A stretch of 63,923 nt of DNA, the filler included, from Reclinomonas americana ATCC 50394 (Eukaryota): the NCBI GenBank assembly GCA_048213135.1. It is 6 parts of 5 records of this genome, joined end to end, with 100 filler letters (N's around TTAATTAATTAA, not from the genome) between each part and the next. Parts side by side here need not be neighbours in the genome. Positions count along the whole stretch, not along the records: positions 48,502 to 54,427 come from PS015412.1; positions 54,528 to 58,358 come from PS015412.1; positions 58,459 to 62,351 come from PS015415.1; positions 62,452 to 63,923 come from PS015422.1; 2 more parts are not named here. One strand, written 5' to 3'. Below, one piece after another: positions 51,501 through 63,284 of this stretch. A program made the position numbers and the translations under genes. Position 1 is the stretch's first letter, and every line of letters begins with the position of its first letter. Under the pieces are notes generated by a model. That model did no database searches and was not told the origin of the DNA. It saw nothing but the letters and a program-made list of their open reading frames with translations.

Positions 51501-53397
51501 CACGTCACCGTCATGATCGTCACCACTCACTTGCACCAGTCGCTCAAAGTACTCCTCAATCTGCTCCCTGTTGAACGGTGCAATGTGTCGTTCCATCAGC
51601 TGCTGCATGCACAACTGTCCTCGTGCATCCACTGGTGCAAAGTATCGTCGATATTGTGCCACACCACCCAGTGCCGTCAGTGCGTAATCGCCGCGGCAGG
51701 TGATAATCACCTTCACATCGCGACACACATCCAACTGGTTCTTGACAAACAGATTCACACCACGGTACAACTCGTCGTACCCGTCAAGCAGCAACAGCAG
51801 TGGTTCCTCCTTCAACCGTCGCACATCAGCCTCCAATCCCAACTCGGGAGACAGTCGCTCCAGTGCCTCCTCCAACAGCCGCTCATCGGCAACGCGCAGA
51901 GCACCGAGAGGCACACGTACAGGCACTCGTCTGCTCTCTCTCGTCTGACAGTGTCGCCATGCTCGCTCAGCCAGCACCGACATGGTGGTGGTCTTGCCGG
52001 CGCCACTGTTGCCGAAAAGCACCAACACTCGCTGCGTGGTGTTGGCGTCGGAGAGGAAAACATCCACCTCCGTCAACAGATCCGTCATCTTGTCTTTCGA
52101 TGAGACGTCACGATCACGTGAACACAGCAGTGGCACATACATCTGCATATCCTTGCGCACACTCTCATCGTGCTGGTAGAACGAGAGCTCACGTACAGCC
52201 AGACGATGAAGTCGCTCTTCATAGGTGCTGATGATGTGCTGAACGTGACGCGCCTCTCGAATCCGCGCCGCAAAACCGTCAATCACGTCGCCAGGCAGCT
52301 GCAACTTGCCAAGGAAAGCAAGGAACGTGCCGTGGTCACCGAGATACTCTTCCACGCTGGCCGCTGTCCATGTCGACGAACCGTGTACCAACGCATTCCG
52401 CACTTCGCGTAACTGCTCCAGCGCCTTGCGCTCATCAAAATTGTCAATCAGCAGCAGCTTGCGACCGTCATCCAGAACAAAGCCACCAAACAGCATGACA
52501 GAAACGAGTGCCGTCGCGTCGAATGCGTCACGCGAGGGATCGGGGGCGGGTTCCGCGTCGAACGCAGACTTCCAGTCGAGCATGTGCTGCTGCTGCTGTG
52601 CAAACAACTTGACGCGACCGGGGTGGAGTGGTGCATGCTGATCGTACCACGCCTTAATTGTAGTTGGATGCCAGAACAACGGAGGCGTCCACACATCGGG
52701 GGTCCACGCCCGTACATCAAAGTCGGGATGGTCGCGACTGAACTGCGCCAGCGCGTTTTGACAGCGCAGACGCACGGCCTCCTCCACCACCTCGAAGGCC
52801 ATGTTGATGCGCTGCGAATTGATCATGCTGTGCATCCAGTGCTGTCAGCATCACAGAAAGAGCAATCAGGAGAGAGAGGAGGACAAGGGCAAGCAAAACG
52901 AACCGAGTCACTCGATCCGAGTTGCTGTGAAGCCATGAGAGTGAGTTGCATGGTGTGCACAGAGGATGACTCACTAACACATACCTTGCACTTCCACTCT
53001 CACTCCCTCCACTCGACTGCAACGCCACGCCAAGTGTCAGACGGAGGACGAGATGAGTGGATGAGTTGATGCCCAGAATGCGAAGCGGAATGCCACCACC
53101 CTCCTCAATGTTGAATGCCATTGGCTTCTCCACCCCCACAATCTCCACTGCCCCATCTCGACTCTTCTCACGCAGCAAGCGTGTGGCCTCGCGCAGCAAG
53201 TCCGCGAGAGTGGACATGGCCGACATGCCCTCCACCACCACCGACAGCGATGAATCGTGTGCTGCACTCACATGAACAGAGAACTGAGCACAGCAGAGCA
53301 CGGTGAGTGACAAGCGATGAGTGAGAGTGAGAGAAGACAAGGAGAAGCAAGCGAACAACAAGCGTCCCCCCACTCAATCAATACAACTCACCGACAT
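48570..53397 (-). CDS. NLR-like STAND protein: UBL - putative HEPN - NACHT - pentapeptide - 14 WD40; exons 53397-53392, 53283-52985, 52924-52904, 52827-48570
   Basis: Paralog of 7322-13460: GNSGAGKTT, LLLLLDGYDE, RNALVH (52383-52400), ubiquitin-like STHLVLRL, same intron positions. Confidence 0.92.
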
Positions 53398-53581
53398 CTT
53401 CTCGTTGCAGCTCTTTGTTGTTTTTCCTCGCTCTCCTGAGTTGGTGCTCCCTTGTACACTTGTGCTGCTATGTATGCTGCACCCTCTCGCACTCCGCCAC
53501 AATCTGCTGCCTATTCATTGACTGGCGTTCCATTCATGTTCCATTCAATTCCGCCGCGTTTTCTGCCTTGGACGCACACCA

Positions 53582-53953
53582 ATGGCCTTGTTTGTTGGCC
53601 GTCTGGGGCCAGGTGTCTCTGAGCGCGAGCTTAACGTTGCGCGCACACAAAACGCACGGTTGCACACACGCTCTTACTCACTCTCTCTCAAACACACACA
53701 CAGGAGACATTCAGTCGCTACGGCACCCTCACGAGATGCGACATGCGAAACGACCACGCATTCATCACCTACGCCGACGCCAAAGACGCCGAGCGAGCAT
53801 TCGACGAGCTGCGCGGGCGCGAAATGGGCGGCAGTCGGTGAGAAATGGATTCATGCTGCACTTCAATTCGGCCTCTCCTCTCACTCCCACACTCGCACGC
53901 AGCATGAACATTGAGTGGGCGCGCGAGTCGGGCCGTTTCCGCGAGCGTGGCCC
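53582..53953 (+). CDS. SR-family splicing factor, RRM part; exons 53582-53635, 53704-53837, 53903-53953
   Basis: MALFVGRL (RNP2)/ETFSRYG..HAFITY (RNP1)..DAERAFDELRG../MNIEWAR. Confidence 0.85.
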
Positions 53954-54076
53954 GTGCGTTTTCCTTTATGCACAGTGCGCCTTCTTTGATTGATTTCTTA
54001 TTGTGCAAAAAAAAAANNNNNNNNNNNNNNNNNNNNGGGGGGCAGGGAAAAAGGAAGAGGCACAAACGAAAAGAGT

Positions 54077-54422
54077 TCAGTGACGCGGGGGCGAGCGGGA
54101 CGCCTCTCGACGCACAGGCGGCGGCGATCCACGATCCCTCTTTGGCGGGGAGCGCGACCGCGAACGCGAGCCACGCGAGCCCGAGGGCGCCGGCGGCGGC
54201 GAGCGCGATCTGTCCCTGGGGCGATCACGATCACGATCGCGGGCGGCAGGAGGCGGCGAGTAGCGACGTCGCTTGTAGTCGGGCGAGCGCGAGCGCGAGC
54301 GGGAGGAGCGTCGGCGCGCGTCCCGCGGCGGGTCCCGCTCGCCGCCACGATCGTAGCGGTCGTAGACGGGCGAGCGAGAGCGCGGGCGACGTCGTGGCGG
54401 ACTGCGACGCATATCACGCGGA
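54077..54422 (-). CDS. RS-domain terminal exon, probably of the adjacent SR gene but inverted
   Basis: RSRSRSP-rich frame with AG acceptor and stop; phase matches the donor at 53953; lies between N gaps. Confidence 0.75.
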
Positions 54423-54639
54423 CTGCANNNNNNNNNNNNNNNNNNNNNNNNNNNNNNNNNNNNNNNNNNNNTTAATTAATTAANNNNNNNNNNNNNNNNN
54501 NNNNNNNNNNNNNNNNNNNNNNNNNNNCGGGCGGGGCACGGATGGGAGGCGGCAGTGGCTTGTCATTACTGGAGGGAGAGCGATGAGAACGCAAAATGCA
54601 ATCAAGTGCACACCAATGCGCACATACCCAGAAGCCGGT

Positions 54640-57600
54640 GGCGCTGGTGTCGACGGACTGCGGAGAAAGATGAGCACAATAGTAGAATGCGTGCACGCAA
54701 ACGAATGACTCAACTCGGTGGGATCTGGCTTCCAGTCCGGAGGGGCACGGATGGGCGTGGTTTCACTGCAAACAACGGTTATTGAGACACGCTAATAACC
54801 ACTTTCTGCGTGCAACAAGCAACGAACTTTGGCTTCGACTCCTCCTCGGGCTTTACATGCTCGCTGTGCCCAGGATTCGCACGTCAGTACACAATCCTTG
54901 CCCACCGTTTCAAGTATAAACGCACCTGGGCTCCCCCTCGCGTCTCTCGCTGACGGTCTCCGACTCCACGCTCGCATCCTGGTCACCGTGCGGCACCGCA
55001 GGCGATGGTGTCTTGTCGGGCACCACTGGCGGCTTCCCCGTCACCGACTGCGGGTCGTAGTCGGCGGCGGCATCCTTTGGCGGCTGCGATTCCTCGCCCG
55101 CAGTGTTGTCGGGTTCCGAAGGCGTCGGCGGTGGAGTTACCGGCTCTGAGGGCTCTGTTGCAGGAGGTGCAGAAGGCTCGGGCGCAGGAGGTGCAGAAGG
55201 CTCGGGCGCGACTGGATCCTCTGCTGGCGGCTGACTGGGCTTGGGGGCAGGAGGCTGAGTGGGTTCCTCGGTGGGAGGCACATCAGGTTCTTCGGCTGGT
55301 GGCGGCGTGGGCTTGGGAGCTGGAGGTGGCGTCGGCTCTTCGACCGACGGCTGAGCGGGTTCTTCAGCAGGCGGTGGTGTCGGTTTCGGAGCAGGCGGCT
55401 GCGTTGGCTCGGGAGTGGGCGGCGGTTGAGCGGGTTCTTCGGCAGGCGGTGGTGTTGGCTTCGGAGCAGGCGGCTGCGTTGGCTCGGGAGCGGGTGGCGG
55501 TTGAGCGGGTTCTTCAACTGGTGGCTGCGTAGGCTCGGGGGTAGGTGGCGGCGTCGGCTTGGGAGCAGGCGGCTGTGTTGGCTCGGGGGTGGGCGGCGGT
55601 GTGGGCTTGGGAGCGGGCGGCTGAGTGTGTTCGTCGGCCGGCGGTGTTGGCTTCGGAGCCGGCGGCTGAGCAGGCTTCTCGGCTGGCGGCTGAGCAGGCT
55701 CCTTCGGTTTCGGTGCCTCAGGTGCTGGCGCCTCCTTTTCCGAGCCCTCGTCCTTTCGAGGCGGAGGGCGCTTCTTCGAGTCCTCTTCCTCGCGCTTTGG
55801 GGGCACTGCGGGCTCCGATTCCTCGAAATCATCGAAGAGACTGCGAGAGGGCGGAGGGAAGGGTGAGGGAGGGAAGTAAGCGTGAGGGAGAGAAGGAAGG
55901 GTGAGGGAGGGAAGGAAGCGTGAGTGTCTGGATCTGAGAACGAGCAAAGACTGAGACGGGAGACAATGGCGTACAGGAAGAGAGAAGAAAGAATGGAGTG
56001 GTCGCCAAGCAACATAAAGTGTGCACAGACACAGAGAAATAAACTGGTGGAGCAAGACGATGAACAGCATCGCAACTCTTCTTCAGCCTCTTTTGATCGA
56101 TCATCATCCGGTGTTTTTCTGCGGATTGTCAGTGAATACACAGCGCCATAAACCACACGCGACACATGTTCGCAACGGAGCGGCGTGGCTGTTGTCATCT
56201 CTGGACATCAGCAGTGGAATAATGAGCACGAGAAGCACAGCATGGGAGAAGGGCATCGTTCGCAACGAAATGTCTTGTTTTTCTCCGGCCACGTCGTCGT
56301 GCGGACTGCGACGGGAACGATGTGAGAGAGCACCGAGAGTGCGAGGGGAAGCACGAACGACGCAACATGGTGTCTCGCTCCTCCTCGGACAGGTGCTCCT
56401 CGCTGCGGCAGGATTCGGAGGGTGAGTGGCGACGAAGCGAAGAATGACAGCAAGGGAGCGGAAACAGGTGAGGGGGACGAGAGATGGGACGGCAAGGAGC
56501 TATGGTGAAGACGAACTATGGAGAAAAAAACAGAGAGAAAGACGGCATCTGGTGGAGGGGGAAAGAGTGAAGACTGAAGTCAAGGAGAGGGCGGGAATGA
56601 AACGTACATCGAACAAACATGAGAGACAGTCCTACAAGACGTGTGAGCGAAAGACGTTAAGAGGGCTGGAGATCCCATAGAGCAAACTGAGAGGCACGAG
56701 AGACGAAACACGAGAGAGACAGAGACACACACAGAAAGAGAGTGCGTATGAGCGAGAGAGAGAGCGGGTCGACAACCTTGAGCGGGAGTGAACCCACCAA
56801 GAGCAATGAACAAACGATTGAGGGAAATCTCAGCAAGAGCGCGGGGGCGAACGAGAATGAGAGACAGCGAGAGAGAGCGGGTCGACAACCTTGAGCGGGA
56901 GTGAACCCACCAAGAGCNNNNNNNNNNNNNNNNNNNNNNNNNNNNNNNNNNNNNNNNNNNNNNNNNNNNNNNNNNNNNNNNNNNNNNNNNNNNNNNNNNN
57001 NNNNNNNNNNNNNNNNNNNNNNNNNNNNNNNNNNNNNNNNNNNNNNNNNNNNNNNNNNNNNNNNNNNNNNNNNNNNNNNNNNNNNNNNNNNNNNNNNNNN
57101 NNNNNNNNNNNNNNNNNNNNNNNNNNNNNNNNNNNNNNNNNNNNNNNNNNNNNNNNNNNNNNNNNNNNNNNNNNNNNNNNNNNNNNNNNNNNNNNNNNNN
57201 NNNNNNNNNNNNNNNNNNNNNNNNNNNNNNNNNNNNNNNNNNNNNNNNNNNNNNNNNNNNNNNNNNNNNNNNNNNNNNNNNNNNNNNNNNNNNNNNNNNN
57301 NNNNNNNNNNNNNNNNNNNNNNNNNNNNNNNNNNNNNNNNNNNNNNNNNNNNNNNNNNNNNNNNNNNNNNNNNNNNNNNNNNNNNNNAGAGAGAGAGAGA
57401 GCGGGTTGACAACCTTGAGCGGGAGTGAACCCACCAAGAACAAGAACAAACGATGGAGGGAAATCTGAGCAAGAGCGCGGGGGCGAACGAGAATGAGAGA
57501 CTGCGAGAGAAATCTGAGAGAGAAAGAGAGAGGGAGGGAACGAGAGCACAGAGTGGAGCGCGACTGAACATAGGGCGAGGGAAGCGAGACAAGGCATTGC

Positions 57601-58036
57601 AGGACAAGGAGTTACCAACAATAACGTAGCCAGGGAATTGAGAGAGAACAGACGGCAACACGTGAATGCTTAATTCCCTCTATCCACACCTCTTGAAGTT
57701 CTCCACATCCTCCGTGGCCACAGGAGCGGCAACTGACGCACCTGCACAAACACGCCTCCTCCAGTCAGCACACACCCATCTCCCACACCCTCCCCATCAA
57801 AAACGCAACGCGAATTCGGTGTGCCCGCCGAGGCGAACACAAAGTAAATGACGGCGCCGACGCTGCACGCCAGGAGCATGATGGTGAGGATCTTCGGGGG
57901 GTTGAAGGGCGGTCTGAGGAGATCGCGAATGACGGTCAGGGCGCCGGAGGAGGGTTGGGAGGGGGAGAGGAGTTGCGAGGCTTGGCGTGAGTTGGAGGTG
58001 GAGAGGCCGGTGTACGGGTTGCTGCCGTTGGTGCCC
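54640..58036 (-). CDS. Hypothetical membrane/surface protein with long Pro-rich repeat (PAPKPTPPP/EEPAQPP), partial; may be two genes
   Basis: Large exon ~54925-55840 of P/E/T/Q repeats; hydrophobic stretch ILTIMLLACSVGAVIYFVFA at ~57835-57895; small exons between. Confidence 0.5.
56757..57510. repeat. ~114-bp tandem repeat spanning an N gap
   Basis: gcgggt(c/t)gacaaccttgagcgggagtgaacccaccaaga at ~56764, ~56877 and ~57401. Confidence 0.85.
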
Positions 58037-58858
58037 TGCGAGAAGGGGGAAGGGGAAGGAGGGGAGGAAGGGGAAGGGGGGAAGAAGGGGGAGAAGGGGG
58101 AAGAGGAGAAGGGGGAGGGAGAAGGGGGAAGGGGAGAAGGGGGAGGGGAAGGGGGGGAAGGGGGAGGAAGGGGAAGGATTGAGTGAATGAGCGAGTGAGT
58201 GAGTGTGTGCGTGTGTGTGAGTGAGAGAGTGAGTGAGTGTGAGAGGGAGGAAGACAGGGAGAAGGGGAAGGATGAGTGAATGAGCGAGTGAGAGAGTGGA
58301 GAGTGAGTGAGTGTGTGTGAGTGAGAGTGAGAGTGAGTGAGTGAGTGTGAGTGAGTGANNNNNNNNNNNNNNNNNNNNNNNNNNNNNNNNNNNNNNNNNN
58401 NNTTAATTAATTAANNNNNNNNNNNNNNNNNNNNNNNNNNNNNNNNNNNNNNNNNNNNGGGGGAGAGGAGGGGAAAGGAGGAGTGAGAAATACAGGAGGT
58501 CAGAATGCGCAAACACAAAGTGAGGGGACAATCGAAGACGGATACGAGGGGAAGAGTGAGAGAAAAATGGAGTAGAAGAAGGAAAGAGAGAGAGAGAGAA
58601 TGATAAGAATGACGTGGGCACTATCGTGCGAGAGAGGTCTGGAAGCGCGAGCAAAGAGGGAAAGGGCATTCGTGGGTGAACGAATAGGGGCATCGAATAG
58701 CCACTCTCTCACCCTTCTCTCGCCCTTCTCACTCACCCTTCTCTCGCCCTTCTCACTCACCTTTCTCTCGCCCTTCTCACTCACCTTTCTCTCTCCCTTC
58801 TCACTCTCCCTTCTCTCTCCCTTCTCTCTCTCCACCCCCACTCACCTCTCCCGTCCAG

Positions 58859-61800
58859 GCGACAAATCCTGCTCGGCCTCGAGCACATGCACAAGCGCAA
58901 CGTGATCCACTGCGGCCTGCGACCAGAAAACATCCTCATCAACCGCGACGGCACCGTGAAGCTGTCGGGCTTCAAGATGGCCAGCTTGGGGACCTCGGTG
59001 CTCGACTCCTCAAGCTTTGATGGCGTCTCGCGGTGGTGAGTCTTTTGAGGAATGGAAGAATGAGAGTGGGATGGAGAAAGATGGCGACGTTATCTTCCCG
59101 CTCTCGCTTTCCGCTATCGCTTCTCGCTATCGCTTCTCGCTGTCGCTTCCTCGCTGTCGCTCTCCTCGCTGTCGCTCTCCTCGCTGTCGCTCTCCTCGCT
59201 GTCGCTCTCCTCGCTGTCGCTCTCCTCGCTGTCGCTCTCCTCGCTGTCGCTCTCCTCGCTGTCGCTCTCCTCGCTGTCGCTCTCCTCGCTGTCGCTCTCC
59301 TCGCTGTCGCTTCCTCGCTGTCGCTTCCTCGCTGTCGCTTCCTCGCTGTCGCTTCCTCGCTGTCGCTTCCTCGCTGTCGCTTCCTCGCTGTCGCGTCCTC
59401 GCTGTCGCGTCCTCGCTGTCGCGTCCTCGCTGTCGCTTCCTCGCTGTCGCTTCCTCGCTGTCGCTTCCTCGCTGTCGCTTCCTCGCTGTCGCTCTTGTCG
59501 CCCTCGCTCTCCTCGCTGTCTCGCTCTCCCTCGCCGTAGTTCTCGCTGTCGCTACTGCTTCTCACTCCGTCTCTGATTCTCTCTTGTCGACCCTCATATC
59601 TCGTTCCCCTGCCCATTCTCCTCCGTCTCTGTTCTTCTTCTTCTTTCCCTCTATGTTCTTTGTTTCTCTCTGTTCCTCACATTTCATTCAGCCTTTCCCT
59701 CTCTCTTTGTGTCTCTCACTTTCTCTCTCTGTCTGTATCTCTCTCCTTCTCAATCTCTTTCTCGCTCATTCTGTCTTTCTTCCTCTCCCGTCATTCTCTT
59801 GTTTCTTCATTCCTTTTCTTTCCCCTCTGTTTTCCTCTCTCTCTCTCATTTGTTCTCTCCCTCAGTCTCTCATTTTCTTCACCGCTCCGCTCGCCACTCC
59901 TTCTTCCTCCCCTCCTTTCCCTTACATTCTCCCTCACCCTTCCCCGTCCCCTCCCCCTTCTCCCTTATTCCCCTCTGCAGGTACTGCGCCCCCGAATACC
60001 TCCTCGGCCAAGAATACACCTCCGCCGTCGACATCTTCAACGCCGGCGCCATCATGGCCGAGCTCTTCCTCCTCCGCCCCCTCTTCCCCGGCACCTGCGA
60101 CGCCGAACAACTCAACCTGCTCTGCTCGACCCTCGACCTGCCACCCACCTACAATTGGCCGCCCGGGTGCGAGCACATGGTGTCGCAGCAGCAGAGTGCA
60201 GTTGCGTGCCTCTCTCACTTTGCATGACGCTCAATACTCACTGCCTCGCAGATGGCCTCCACACCTCTCTGCGACCTAATTCCCCACGCGAGCCCCGATG
60301 CGGTCGAACTGCTGACTGCCATGCTCAGCTTTGACGCCTCGCAGAGGCCGACGGCACACGAGTGTCTCCAGTTTTCGTTCTTCACAGTTTCGTTTTGGCT
60401 TCGACATCGTTGTCTCTCTCGAGCCGACGGAGCAAGGCAGAAAGAGAGAGAGAGATGGTTTAGAGCAGTGTGGGATGAGAGGAGAGGCAGGCGGAGCTAG
60501 AGAGACTGTTGGAACTCCCCTCCGTTCCCCTCGTGTTCCCCTCGTGTCCCCCGTGTGTTTTCCTTGTGTCCCCTTGTGCCCTTGTTCCTCTCGTATTCCC
60601 CTTGTGTTCCCTTCGGATCCCTTCGTGTTCCCCTTGTGTTCCCCTTGTGTTCCCCTTGTGTTTCCCTTGTGTTCCTCTCGTGTTCCCCTTTGTGTTCCGT
60701 TGTGTTCCCTTGTGTTTTCCCTCGTGTTCCCCTTGTGTTCCCCTCGTGTTCCCCCTGTGTTCCCCTTGTGTTCCCCTCGTGTTCCCCTTGTGTTCCCCTT
60801 GTATTCCCCTTGTGTTCCCCTTGTGTTCCCCTTGTGTTCCCCTTGTGTTCCCCTTGTGTTCCCCTTCCTGTTCCTCTTGTATTCCCTTGTGTTCCCCCTC
60901 GTGTTCCCCCTGTGTTCCCCCTTGTGTTCCCCCTTGTGTTCCCCCTTGTGTTCCCCTTGTGTTCNNNNNNNNNNNNNNNNNNNNNNNNNNNNNNNNNNNN
61001 NNNNNNNNNNNNNNNNNNNNNNNNNNNNNNNNNNNNNNNNNNNNNNNNNNNNNNNNNNNNNNNNNNNNNNNNNNNNNNNNNNNNNNNNNNNNNNNNNNNN
61101 NNNNNNNNNNNNNNNNNNNNNNNNNNNNNNNNNNNNNNNNNNNNNNNNNNNNNNNNNNNNNNNNNNNNNNNNNNNNNNNNNNNNNNNNNNNNNNNNNNNN
61201 NNNNNNNNNNNNNNNNNNNNNNNNNNNNNNNNNNNNNNNNNNNNNNNNNNNNNNNNNNNNNNNNNNNNNNNNNNNNNNNNNNNNNNNNNNNNNNNNNNNN
61301 NNNNNNNNNNNNNNNNNNNNNNNNNNNNNNNNNNNNNNNNNNNNNNNNNNNNNNNNNNNNNNNNNTTGTGTCCCCTCGTGTCCCCCTTCTCCCTTGCCCC
61401 TCACCCTTCCCTTCCCTTCCTTTTCCTCTTCTCCCTTTTAGAACGGCATCAGCACCGTCCCCTCCCTGCCCCCCGACGTCGACGAAGTGGCAATGGACGT
61501 GCTCACCCTCGACCCCGACGAGACATTCGACGGCACCGGCGACCTCGCCATACCACCACCACCACTGCCACAACAAGAAGCAGAAGCGCCACCTATCCCC
61601 CCGCTGGCAGATGACACGGATGTGGGCGCCATTGGTCCGCGTCCCTCCGCCCCCTGGGCCCGCGTGCGTCCCTCGGTGCAGCCGCGCCACCACCCACCCT
61701 CACCACCCGTGGTCAACACACCGCTCGAGGACATTCCGGTGGTGGCCGAGGTGCTGGAGGCCTCGCCCATGGTTCGCTCGCAGTCGACCACCGCCATCCC

Positions 61801-62293
61801 GTACCCGGCCTCCTTTTCCGCCGCCACCATGGAGCGCGCACTGGCCATGCGACGATCGCCAGCCGGCAGTGGCAGCGGTAGCGAGGTGGGAAGCGCGAGT
61901 CGGTCGGTCGTGGTCTCCACCACGACAACCACCACGACGACGACCACCACCACCACGACCGCAGAGGCACCGCCGCCGCCGCCACCCGCCTCCACGCTCC
62001 CCATTATTCGTCGCTCGGGCGGTCAGTCGGCCGACATGATTCGGCGGCGGAAGCGCATGGAGAGTGAGCACTTGTATCAGCAACAGCAGCAGCAGTACAT
62101 GCGCAAGAGCGACGAGGCGTTTTCGGCGGGCAAGGCGCGCAAGGTGATTCAGGCGCAGGTGGCGGTGGGCGAGCAGGCGGTGGTGTTGCCGGCGGAGGAA
62201 GGTGCGTCGTCGGGAAAGGGAATTGAGGGAAAGGGATGGAGAGGCAAAGGGGGAGGTTGGGAGGACAGTGGGCGCTTGCGGGTTTCTGCGTGA
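58859..62293 (+). CDS. CMGC (MAK/ICK-like) kinase-fold protein, probable pseudokinase, 5'-partial; exons ~58859-59035, 59981-60179, 60252-60386, ~61442-62293
   Basis: QILLGLEHMH..IHCGLRPENIL..VKLSGF..SRW/YCAPEYLL..YTSAVDIF..IMAELFLLRPLFPG..EQL..LIPHASPDAVELL..ML.FD..QRPTAHECLQ; low-complexity tail. Confidence 0.8.
59120..59530. repeat. Intronic tcgctgtcgct(c)tcc 14-15-nt minisatellite
   Basis: Near-perfect tandem array, same family as 1460-2305. Confidence 0.9.
60520..60964. repeat. Intronic gtgttcccctt 11-12-nt minisatellite
   Basis: Tandem array running into an N gap. Confidence 0.9.
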
Positions 62294-62318
62294 TTTATAC
62301 GGATCTCCTTGTGTGTGC

Positions 62319-62351
<33 letters not shown>

Positions 62352-62671
62352 NNNNNNNNNNNNNNNNNNNNNNNNNNNNNNNNNNNNNNNNNNNNTTAAT
62401 TAATTAANNNNNNNNNNNNNNNNNNNNNNNNNNNNNNNNNNNNNNNNNNNNTGCGTGTGTGTGTGTTTGTGTGTGTGCTGTTGCACTACCTCTCGACACA
62501 CTTCAACTCTCTCTCCTCTGTGCACACGTCAATTCTCTTGTCATGTGCGTGTGTGACTGTTGAATTTCCCCGGCGCATTCTTTCACACGCTTTTGGTGTT
62601 TTCTCTCTCTCTCTCTGCGCTCTCATCACTCACCTCACACACACTCTCTCTCTCCCCCATTACCATTCCAG

Positions 62672-63121
62672 GTCGACTACTACGCCACAGTTGCGTCTCA
62701 CACACAGCGCACTCGCATCTATCCTGCTCTTTACTCACTCTCTCTCGTGCGCACACACAGTGGTGCAACCCATGCAAGCGCATCGCACCCGTGTTTGACC
62801 GCCTGGCCGAGGCCAATGGCGAGGCACAGTTCTTCAAGGTCGACGTGGATCAGCTGGAGGACCTTGCCGCCGCGCAGGGTGTCACTGGCATGCCGGTGCG
62901 TAGCTCTCTCTTGTGCGCCACCATCTGAGCCTTTCTTGCTAATTGTGTGTCACGCGCGCAGACCTTCATGTTTCGTCGGAACATATATGCTTTCCCTTAT
63001 TGCTCATTGTTTGTCGACTGACTCTCTTGTTTGCAGCTTCTACAAGAACGGCTCCAAGGTGGAGACGCTGATCGGCGCCAACGAGGCCAGCCTGACTGCC
63101 GCCATTGCCAAGCACAAGTAA
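62672..63121 (+). CDS. TRX: Thioredoxin, 5'-partial; exons 62672-62689, 62761-62895, 62962-62969, 63037-63121
   Basis: VDYYAT/WCNPCKRIAP..FFKVDVD..GVTGMP/TFI/FYKNG.KV..LIGAN: thioredoxin fold with CxxC and the cis-Pro motif. Confidence 0.92.
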   Translation, partial: VDYYATVASHTQRTRIYPALYSLSLVRTHSGATHASASHPCLTAWPRPMARHSSSRSTWISWRTLPPRRVSLACRCVALSCAPPSEPFLLIVCHARRPSCFVGTYMLSLIAHCLSTDSLVCSFYKNGSKVETLIGANEASLTAAIAKHK

Positions 63122-63284
63122 TCTCGTCACACTCTCTTGTCACCAGTGCTTGCGTGCGCGCTCGTTCCACATGTGCACGCAGCAGCGTTAGTAGTCAAGT
63201 GAGCAATGAACAGTTGATGATGAGTTGAGCAGGCTGAACGAAGATGAGCTTTCTGTACACGCCATGTGCCAGTGGGCGAGTAGC

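Noticed and set aside
56757..57510. 114-bp direct repeats as LTRs or element termini
   Set aside because: Copies are head-to-tail and run into the gap, as expected for a collapsed tandem array; no transposase or RT seen.
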